From Kiritimatiellia bacterium (GTDB lineage Bacteria > Verrucomicrobiota > Kiritimatiellia > RFP12 > UBA1067): a DNA stretch of 64,000 nt. Every line of letters starts with the position of its first letter. Within the stretch, counting starts at the first letter, position 1. Below, one piece after another: positions 10,166-16,771 of this stretch. The position numbers were made by a program, and so were the translations under genes. The notes beneath the pieces were generated by a model. It saw nothing but the letters and a program-made list of their open reading frames with translations, was not told the origin of the DNA and did not search any database. The stretch spans positions 26,069-90,068 of the forward strand of contig JBMNFY010000011.1 in assembly GCA_050949565.1 (NCBI GenBank). Direction: 5' to 3'.

Positions 10166-10190
10166 GGCATTCCCTTTCTAGCCTGCTCGC

Positions 10191-10946
10191 TTACTGCGCG
10201 ATCACCTTGAAAAAGCGTACTGTGTCACCGGCCGGCACCTCGACGGCCGCCGGCAACTCCGCACCCGACTCACCCTGCACGAGCGTCTGAGCAGAGACCT
10301 GCACACGGCTCGCCACGGTCTGCCAACCGTCATTCAGGGAGGTCGCACTCTGCACCTGATAAAGTGCCTTGTCAGAGACATTCTTGATGCGCAGGTTCAC
10401 ACGGCCGTTGCCCGCCTGCATCGAGGCGATCTCCGGCTGAGGTGTCCCCTCGGGAGACGACGTCGATCCAGCAGCGCTGAGCCCTCCCCCGGCGGCGGCC
10501 GTACCGCCTACGGTGCCGAGGCTGAGCGCGGAAGCCGTACCGCTTGCGGCGCTCGCACCCTGCGCGGCGACCAGACCGCCGATCGCCCCGTCGGCCTTGC
10601 GCGTATCGAGCAGGACAATCACCCACGCGCCGCCTTCCGGATAGGTCGCGGCCGAGTACTGGATGGCCTTATATCCGCACTTGGCCCCCTCTACCGCCTG
10701 CCCGGTGGTGGCGATCACGTTGTTGTCAGGATCGACCAGCGAACCATCGGTATAGACACCGCCGAAAACCTGACCCTGCTTGACATACACCAGCAGGTAA
10801 GTCTCACCGACCAAGACAGACGTCCCGTCGGCATAGGTATCGGGTCCGGGCGTGGACATCGCGAGCGTCCGCTGATCCTTCACCTCCGCCCCGAACATCG
10901 TGGTTGCCACGAGCAACCCACTGAACACTAAAAGCGCTTTTTTCAT
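10191..10946 (-). CDS. exported hypothetical protein (Ala/Gly/Ser-rich linker)
   Basis: Signal peptide (LLVFSGLLVATTMFGA/E) and an AAGGAGA RBS upstream. A low-complexity A/G/S linker is followed by a C-terminal beta-rich domain ending 'RFFKVIAQ'. Confidence 0.78.
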   Translation of the reverse strand: MKKALLVFSGLLVATTMFGAEVKDQRTLAMSTPGPDTYADGTSVLVGETYLLVYVKQGQVFGGVYTDGSLVDPDNNVIATTGQAVEGAKCGYKAIQYSAATYPEGGAWVIVLLDTRKADGAIGGLVAAQGASAASGTASALSLGTVGGTAAAGGGLSAAGSTSSPEGTPQPEIASMQAGNGRVNLRIKNVSDKALYQVQSATSLNDGWQTVASRVQVSAQTLVQGESGAELPAAVEVPAGDTVRFFKVIAQ

Positions 10947-10967
10947 CGTGTGTCTCCTTGAGATAGC

Positions 10968-12152
10968 TTAGGGAACGATGTATGGTTTGAAATACCGATA
11001 TCCGCCGCTCGGAATCGTGTAGGTGTAGGTCGCCGCGCCGCCGGTGAAGTTGGCGAACGAAGGCGTGATCGCACCATCCAGCAATGTCCAATTAACATCG
11101 GTAACATCCACCTTCCCGTAAATCTGGACCCGTCCGTTGATCTTACCGGTTTTAACCGCGTTATTGACCTTCAAGGAAAGCGTCAAGGCCAGCTCCGTCG
11201 GCGAGGTCATTTCGATCTTCGAGATGCCGAAGTCGTAGCCCTCAACCTTCGTGACCGCATTCCCGCCGATACTGTCCAGCAGGTAGGCCTGATTGATCTG
11301 CGCCTGTGAGAGATCGCTCAAACCGCCCTGTCCCGTCACGTTGCCGTCGCTCAGCCAAGCGTTGACCCGCGTGAGTTCCTCGTCCGACAGCGAGGTGGGC
11401 GCCGGCAGTGTCGGCACGGCCTGTGTCGGCCCCGGCACCACGTAGGCCGGATCGCCGTGGCTGACGTACAGGTTGTCGATCATCCCCGTGCCGTAGAAGT
11501 TAACCGACGCCAATGTGTTCGCCGCGCCGGCGTTTCTGACGGCCAGATCCGTGAAGACCGGGGCGTCGTTCAGCAGCACATCGAATTTGTTGTCCTGAAG
11601 CTTGACGGTCACTTGGTACCACATGTTGGTGTCGAGCGCCGCCGCGTTGGTTGTGGCTCCGTCGCCGTGCACCACCACCAGCTTGGCATCGGCTGTCAGG
11701 AAGAGCGCCATCTTGGAACTGGCCAGCAGGTCAGGGTCGGGCGCATTGACCAGCGGATCGAACTTCATGCGCAGGTCCACATAAACCGGCTTGCCGTTGA
11801 ATGAGACCGCAGTGGCGTCCGCATAAGCCAACGTGTTGGAGACCACTTCGCCGTCCGTCTCAAGTTGCAACACCTTGGAGTTTGTATCGAACCAGACGTT
11901 CGATCGCGCCGGCAGCCCGGTCATGGCGGGGAAGTCGTTGGACAGGACGTTATAGCCCGCCCTCGCCGCCCAGTCCGGAACAGCCGTCCCCTCGAACGCC
12001 TCCCGATAAGCGCCAGCCTGCATCGGGCTGACGTTCCATGCTTGAGGAACCGTTGAATCTGCCGTCTGCGCGTTCCCGTGCAGAACGAGCGCGAGCGCAC
12101 ACGCGGCCCCCGCTCCGGCGATTCTCGCCAACCTTGTTTTGGTAGACATCAT
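10968..12152 (-). CDS. exported LamG/concanavalin-like domain protein
   Basis: Signal peptide (AGAACALALVLHGNAQT) and a GGAGA RBS. 'NMWYQVTVKLQDNKFDVLLNDAPVF...NFYGTGMIDNLYV' is typical of a LamG jelly-roll. The C-terminal domain ends 'RYFKPYIVP', like the next gene. Confidence 0.75.
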   Translation of the reverse strand: MMSTKTRLARIAGAGAACALALVLHGNAQTADSTVPQAWNVSPMQAGAYREAFEGTAVPDWAARAGYNVLSNDFPAMTGLPARSNVWFDTNSKVLQLETDGEVVSNTLAYADATAVSFNGKPVYVDLRMKFDPLVNAPDPDLLASSKMALFLTADAKLVVVHGDGATTNAAALDTNMWYQVTVKLQDNKFDVLLNDAPVFTDLAVRNAGAANTLASVNFYGTGMIDNLYVSHGDPAYVVPGPTQAVPTLPAPTSLSDEELTRVNAWLSDGNVTGQGGLSDLSQAQINQAYLLDSIGGNAVTKVEGYDFGISKIEMTSPTELALTLSLKVNNAVKTGKINGRVQIYGKVDVTDVNWTLLDGAITPSFANFTGGAATYTYTIPSGGYRYFKPYIVP

Positions 12153-12410
12153 AGCTCGTCTCCATGCCGGATCCCTTGCGGAACCCCGTCAAAAAAAACT
12201 ATTCCCAATCGTTACGGGGTAGTGTATCGCAATTGACGGCCCCCCGACAAGCGGAAAAAAACGAAATTTTTCGGAAAAACGCCCTGAAAAACTCAAACAC
12301 CAAGTTTTTCTTGGCTATCGCCCGTCTATGACCTCATGTAGAGGGCTTCAGCGCGGTATGACACACCTTCTTCTCCCTCAGGGGCGGCTCGCTCTGTCAT
12401 TCAACTGATC

Positions 12411-13283
12411 TTATTGGACGTGACGACAGCGCGGATAATTGCTGCACCCCCAGAACTGGCTTCCAGCCTTGGCCCCTCGTCTTGCCGTACGCAGAACCAT
12501 GTCGGCCCCGCATTTGGGGCACTGCCTTGTCTGCTGCGGCTCAGCGGACGTTGGCACTTCCGCACTTTCGACAACTTCGTCCTCAACGGTTTCTGGTCCC
12601 TGTTGGGCGGGACGCAGACTCTGGACGTATGCTTTGTGCTGACGGGCGGTCTTCCACCCTGGCGTAAGGCGATTCTCGCGGATCGCGGCTTCCACTGCCG
12701 TCACAGCCTCCACATCAAAAAGGATGTCTCGGTGGCTACTTATGTAGCGGACACAACTACCCGGATGCGTGACGTGCGTTGGAAGCTTATCTCGCGTCTT
12801 CAACGTACACTCGCCGGTGAAAACGATGACGGACTTGACCTGCTCTTTGGACAGACCGAGCAGTTCTCGCAAACACTCCGTGTGCTTATAATTCTGCAAT
12901 AGTGGATTCTGGAATTTCTGGCTGTGGCCACCATGAATCTTCTGTGTCCACTGCCGGTCGTGCTCGCCACCGAATATCCAGCCTTTGTAATGTTTTGTCT
13001 CAACGACAAACACACCGTACGGGGAAACGACGATGTGATCGATCTGCGTGGTGCCGCCCCGACCATCGGGGATTGTCACATTGTTGATAACTCGGTAAAC
13101 ATCTTTGGGCAGAGACAGCTTAAACCCCAAGCGCATCAGCATCTCGCCGAACCACCCTTTCACGCCGGGCATTCGAAAAATTGGCGTGAAAATCAATATC
13201 AGACCAACGAGGGTAAACAAGAGTGGATTCTGCGTCCATATTTGCCCAAACGACTTCATTGCTGCTTTTATCAGTTGATCCAT
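12411..13283 (-). CDS. NERD-domain nuclease-like protein with an N-terminal TM helix and a C-terminal topoisomerase-type C4 zinc ribbon
   Basis: 'YRVINNVTIPDGRGGTTQIDHIVVSPYGVFVVETKHYKGWIFG...QNPLLQNYKH' is the NERD core. The C-terminus is 'CPKCGADMVLRTARRGAKAGSQFWGCSNYPRCRH'. Line 13201-13260 is 27/60 GC against 41/60 in the adjacent purD line 13501-13560. Confidence 0.85.
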   Translation of the reverse strand: MDQLIKAAMKSFGQIWTQNPLLFTLVGLILIFTPIFRMPGVKGWFGEMLMRLGFKLSLPKDVYRVINNVTIPDGRGGTTQIDHIVVSPYGVFVVETKHYKGWIFGGEHDRQWTQKIHGGHSQKFQNPLLQNYKHTECLRELLGLSKEQVKSVIVFTGECTLKTRDKLPTHVTHPGSCVRYISSHRDILFDVEAVTAVEAAIRENRLTPGWKTARQHKAYVQSLRPAQQGPETVEDEVVESAEVPTSAEPQQTRQCPKCGADMVLRTARRGAKAGSQFWGCSNYPRCRHVQ

Positions 13284-13404
13284 CCCTCGTTCCTTCAGTT
13301 AATAATCAGATGACAGACTGAATAGATAATATGACACGACCGCTTTCCCCTGTCAAACTGGAACCAGAAACCAAAATTCCGCGCGCGCGGTGGAAGTATT
13401 CTGC

Positions 13405-13434
13405 TTGATTATCGTGCGCCGGTTTTTCTATCAT
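13405..13434 (+). promoter_or_regulatory. candidate sigma70-type promoter of purD (TTGATT-N18-TATCAT), 8 nt before the ATG
   Basis: -35 'ttgatt' at 13405-13410 and -10 'tatcat' at 13429-13434. No Shine-Dalgarno precedes ATG 13443, so the transcript may be leaderless. Confidence 0.35.
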
Positions 13435-13442
13435 CCCAAGCC

Positions 13443-14723
13443 ATGGCTATGAAAATTCTTGTTGTTGGTGGCGGCGGACGCGAGCATGCGATTGCGTGGC
13501 GGCTCGTGCGCGACACATCCCGCCCTGAGATTTTTTGCGCGCCGGGCAATGCCGGCACGGCATCTGATGCGTGCAACCTGCCGATCCAGGCCGATGATAT
13601 CCCGGCCCTGCTGGCATGGGCACGAGAGCACCAACCGGACCTCACGGTGGTCGGCCCTGAAGCGCCGCTCTGCCTCGGCATTACCGACGCTTTCACCGCA
13701 GCCGGGCTGCGCGTCTTCGGCCCGCGCCAGGCCGCCGCGCAGATGGAGGGCAGCAAGCGTTTCGCCAAGGAGATCATGAACGCCGCTGGTGTGCCGACTG
13801 CCCGTGCGCTGGTCTTCGATGATGCCGAAGCCGCCGTGGCGGCACTCCCCTCTTTCTCCCTGCCGGTGGTGGTCAAAGCCGACGGTCTCGCCGCAGGCAA
13901 GGGCGTGGTGATCGCCCAAACCCATGATGAAGCGGCTGACGCAATCCGCTCGATGCTGGTGGACGCCGTCTTTGGCGCGGCTGGCGCAGAGATTCTGATT
14001 GAGGAGTTTCTGGAAGGCGAGGAGGCCTCGATTCTCGCCCTGATCGATGGCGAGCACGCGGTGCTACTACCGCCATCGCAGGACCACAAGCGTGTCTTCA
14101 ACGCCGATCAAGGCCCCAACACCGGCGGCATGGGAGCCTACTCGCCGGCGCCGGTGGTCACCCCCGATCTGTTACCGACCATCAAAGAGCGGATCATCCT
14201 GCCGGTCGTGCGCGAACTGCGCCAGCGCGGTATCGTTTACAAGGGCGTGCTCTACGCCGGACTGATGATCGGCCCCAAGGGCATCTCCGTTCTGGAGTTC
14301 AACGCGCGTTTCGGCGATCCCGAGACCGAGGCCGTGCTGCCCCGTATCGGCGGCGACCTCATCCCCGCGCTCGAAGCCTGCATCGACGGCACGCTGACCG
14401 ACGCGCATGTGCAGGTCCGCCCTGAAGCCGCAGCCACCGTGATCCTGGCCTCCGGCGGCTACCCTGGATCCTACCGTAAGGGTCTCCCCATCTCCGGACT
14501 CGATCAGGCCGCCGCTGCAGATGACGCCATCGTCTTCCACGCGGGCACCGCGTTGAAGGACGGCCAGATCGTTACCGCAGGCGGACGCGTACTCGCCGTC
14601 ACCGCGCTGGGTGCCGATCTGCGTGCCGCCGTGGGTCGCGCTTATGAGGCTGCGGCCAAGATTCACTTTGATGGCGTACACTATCGCACGGATATCGCCC
14701 ACCGCGCTTTTGACCGGGGATAA
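13443..14723 (+). CDS. purD: phosphoribosylamine--glycine ligase
   Basis: 'MKILVVGGGGREHAIAWRL', 'VVKADGLAAGKGVVIA', 'DHKRVFNADQGPNTGGMGAYSP' and 'EFNARFGDPETE' are canonical PurD. Confidence 0.95.
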   Translation: MAMKILVVGGGGREHAIAWRLVRDTSRPEIFCAPGNAGTASDACNLPIQADDIPALLAWAREHQPDLTVVGPEAPLCLGITDAFTAAGLRVFGPRQAAAQMEGSKRFAKEIMNAAGVPTARALVFDDAEAAVAALPSFSLPVVVKADGLAAGKGVVIAQTHDEAADAIRSMLVDAVFGAAGAEILIEEFLEGEEASILALIDGEHAVLLPPSQDHKRVFNADQGPNTGGMGAYSPAPVVTPDLLPTIKERIILPVVRELRQRGIVYKGVLYAGLMIGPKGISVLEFNARFGDPETEAVLPRIGGDLIPALEACIDGTLTDAHVQVRPEAAATVILASGGYPGSYRKGLPISGLDQAAAADDAIVFHAGTALKDGQIVTAGGRVLAVTALGADLRAAVGRAYEAAAKIHFDGVHYRTDIAHRAFDRG

Positions 14724-14744
14724 CAGACAAGACCCTTGAAATAA

Positions 14745-14864
14745 CCCTCGTGGCATGGGCGTCCATTCCATGTGAAACACGGGCAAGATGCCCGTGCCAC
14801 GCGTGAAACACGGGCAAGATGCCCGTGCCACGTATGAAACACGGGCAAGATGCCCGTGCCACAC
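14745..14864. repeat. hairpin repeat element: leader plus 3 tandem 31-bp units
   Basis: Units at 14772-14802, 14803-14833 and 14834-14864 read '(g/a)tgaaacacgggcaagatgcccgtgccac(gc/gt/ac)'. Each holds an 8-bp stem CACGGGCA-aga-TGCCCGTG. The leader 'ccctcgtggcatgggcgtcc' and one unit recur at 36277-36332. Confidence 0.9.
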
Positions 14865-14931
14865 CTGCAGCACTCAACTATCGACGCTCGGGAGGGATTC
14901 CCGAACGTTCTTTCAACAGGAGACCTCACAC

Positions 14932-15444
14932 ATGTCCACACCTCTCGTCGGTATCGTCATGGGCAGCGATTCGGATTGGCCGCTCGTGCAGAAGGCCGCA
15001 GACACCCTTAAAGCTTTTGATGTCGCATTTGACGTGCGCGTCATCTCCGCACACCGCACACCGGAACTCGCCTCTGATTACGCGGCCAACGCCGAAGCGC
15101 GCGGCCTCAAGGTCATCATCGCGGCGGCCGGCGGTGCCGCCCACCTCGGCGGCGTGCTCGCCGCCCACACGGTCCTCCCGGTGATCGGCATTCCGGTCGC
15201 CGGCGGTGCGCTCAACGGTCTTGATGCGCTCTACGCCACGCTCCAGATGCCGGCCGGTGTCCCGGTCGCCACCGTGACGCTCGGCAGCGCGGGCCCGGTC
15301 AACGCCGCCCTGCTCGCCGTCCAGATCCTCGGCACTGCCGATCCAGAGTTGCGCAAGAAATTCCGCGTCTACAAGGACGGCCTGAAGGACAAGGTCGCAG
15401 AAGGCAACGCCAAGGTGCAGGCGCAACTTGAAGCTAGGATTTAG
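14932..15444 (+). CDS. purE: 5-(carboxyamino)imidazole ribonucleotide mutase
   Basis: Internal ATG 14932 downstream of 'caggag'. 'VGIVMGSDSDWPLVQKAADTL..FDV.FDVRVISAHRTPE' and 'IIAAAGGAAHLGGVLAAHTVLPVIGIPV' are canonical PurE. The first 48 codons of ORF 14788 are translated repeat sequence. Confidence 0.93.
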   Translation: MSTPLVGIVMGSDSDWPLVQKAADTLKAFDVAFDVRVISAHRTPELASDYAANAEARGLKVIIAAAGGAAHLGGVLAAHTVLPVIGIPVAGGALNGLDALYATLQMPAGVPVATVTLGSAGPVNAALLAVQILGTADPELRKKFRVYKDGLKDKVAEGNAKVQAQLEARI

Positions 15445-15530
15445 GATTTAGGATTTAGGAGTTGGGACAGGTCTGGGCTCGCGAAGCGCAATGAAACCCT
15501 GAGACCCTGAAACCCTGAAACCCTGAAACC
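15435..15530. repeat. short tandem modules ('aggattt' x3-4, then 'accctga(a/g)' x4)
   Basis: 'taggatttaggatttaggatttaggagttggga' (15435-15467) overlaps the purE stop codon. 'aaccctgagaccctgaaaccctgaaaccctgaaacc' follows at 15494-15530. The 'ggatttaggag' module recurs at 26789-26817 and, inverted, at 56082-56124. Confidence 0.85.
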
Positions 15531-15555
15531 AGCCTCCGCGCACGGCGCGGAGGCT
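15531..15555. terminator. GC-rich hairpin between convergent purE and the kinase gene
   Basis: 11-bp perfect stem 'agcctccgcgc-acg-gcgcggaggct'. It has no U-tract and overlaps the stop codon of the minus-strand kinase. Confidence 0.45.
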
Positions 15556-16670
15556 CACAGCGCGGCGAGCAACTCGCGGATCGCCCGTTCGCGCGCCTCA
15601 ATGGATTCGCACAGGCGGAACTGCACGCGGGCGCGGTTGAGATTCTGCTCCGGCTGGCGAATCTTGAAATAGACGCTGCCGGCCAGATAGTCTTGGAAGA
15701 AACGCAGCCCCAGTTCAAACGTGATCAACCGGATCGCGTCGTACAGGTAGTGGCGGTCCGCCTCGGTCAGGAACGCGCGGGCGTGTTTCATGTAGCCCTT
15801 GCAGAACGCAGCGCAGAGGTCGAGGTCAAACACCACCTTGCTGAGGTTCTGCTCCTCCTCGCCTGCTGGATTGCAGATTGAGCGCAGGGCGTCACCGAAG
15901 TCGTAGTGGATCAGGCCGGGACTCACGGTGTCGAGGTCGATCATCGCCGTACCCTTGCCGGTGAAATCATCGATCATGATATTGTTGACCTTGGGGTCGC
16001 CGTGCATCAGCCGTAGCGACAACTCGCCTCTCTGCAACGCATCCTGCAACGTACCGGCGAACCCGCGTCGATCTTCGATGAACTTCGCCATGCGGCGCGC
16101 CTCCATCGACGCATTAAGCCGCTTCTCGGCCAGCGGCTCGTTCTGGAGCGTTGCGTCATACTGCGCCATATAGTTGGGCGTGATGTGAAACCCCGGCAGC
16201 GGATCGATGATGTCTGCGGGATCCAGATCCGAGACCAGCCAGTGGAAATGCCCCAGCACGGCACCGCACTCCGCCGCATGCTCGGCATTCTGCGCCTCGT
16301 CGTAAGCGGTGGCCGACGCGATTTTCGTGATCACGCGCCAGATGTCGCCGGTCTCGTCCACGAAATAATCTTCGCCGGTGCGCGTCTTGACGATACGCGG
16401 CATCTGCCAGACGCGATCTGTCCGGCCAGCCTCGGCCTCGGCCTCCAGTTTGGCGTGCACATGCGCCGTCAGCCGGTGCAGGTTGCGCATGATCACCTCG
16501 GGCTGCGGAAAGACCTTGCGGTTGACCCGCTGCAAGATCACCTGTTCCTCCGCAAAGGTGTTGCGGAAGATACCCAGAAAGGTATCGTTGACGTTCCCGC
16601 TGCCTGTCGGGTTGATGGTAACCAGCCGGCCCGATATCTCGAACTGGCGCATCATCAGAGACAATTCCAT
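15555..16670 (-). CDS. APH-fold sugar 1-kinase, N-acetylhexosamine 1-kinase (NahK)-like
   Basis: 'LRLMHGDPKVNNIMIDDFTGKGTAMIDLDTVSPGLIHYDFGDALR' and 'FELGLRFFQDYLAGSVYFKIRQPEQNLNRARVQFRL' align by eye with Bifidobacterium NahK ('THNDTKLNNILMD...IIDLDTIMPGS..FDFGDSIR', 'RFLADYLEGDIYF..PEHNL.R'). Start chosen at ATG 16670, 8 nt after AAGGAAG. Confidence 0.75.
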   Translation of the reverse strand: MELSLMMRQFEISGRLVTINPTGSGNVNDTFLGIFRNTFAEEQVILQRVNRKVFPQPEVIMRNLHRLTAHVHAKLEAEAEAGRTDRVWQMPRIVKTRTGEDYFVDETGDIWRVITKIASATAYDEAQNAEHAAECGAVLGHFHWLVSDLDPADIIDPLPGFHITPNYMAQYDATLQNEPLAEKRLNASMEARRMAKFIEDRRGFAGTLQDALQRGELSLRLMHGDPKVNNIMIDDFTGKGTAMIDLDTVSPGLIHYDFGDALRSICNPAGEEEQNLSKVVFDLDLCAAFCKGYMKHARAFLTEADRHYLYDAIRLITFELGLRFFQDYLAGSVYFKIRQPEQNLNRARVQFRLCESIEARERAIRELLAAL

Positions 16671-16771
16671 TCGCATCACTTCCTTGTTGTCACGTAATGA
16701 CAGGCATTTTTCATGGTTTACGCACAAAACGCAACCCCAAAAAACCAGGGGCGGGGTTTTGCTTCCGGACT

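Noticed and set aside
14772-14864. Possible CRISPR array (regular 31-bp repeats). The same question arose for the 14-bp array at 60718-60795.
   Set aside because: The units are directly abutting tandem repeats with no unique spacers between them. The unit lengths and spacing do not fit CRISPR architecture, and no cas genes are in the window.
14788-14931. N-terminal extensions suggested by the ORF track. They affect purE (14788), the phosphoesterase (to 36332), leuS (to 55884), the kinase (to 16904), the GH fusion (to 19486), GH109-like (to 49595), the beta-helix protein (to 51818) and pckG (to 60482).
   Set aside because: The extensions translate intergenic repeat or hairpin DNA (for example MPVPRVKHGQDARAT and MWHGHLARVS) or overlap the upstream gene. 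Internal ATGs with SD boxes, signal peptides or conserved N-termini fit better.
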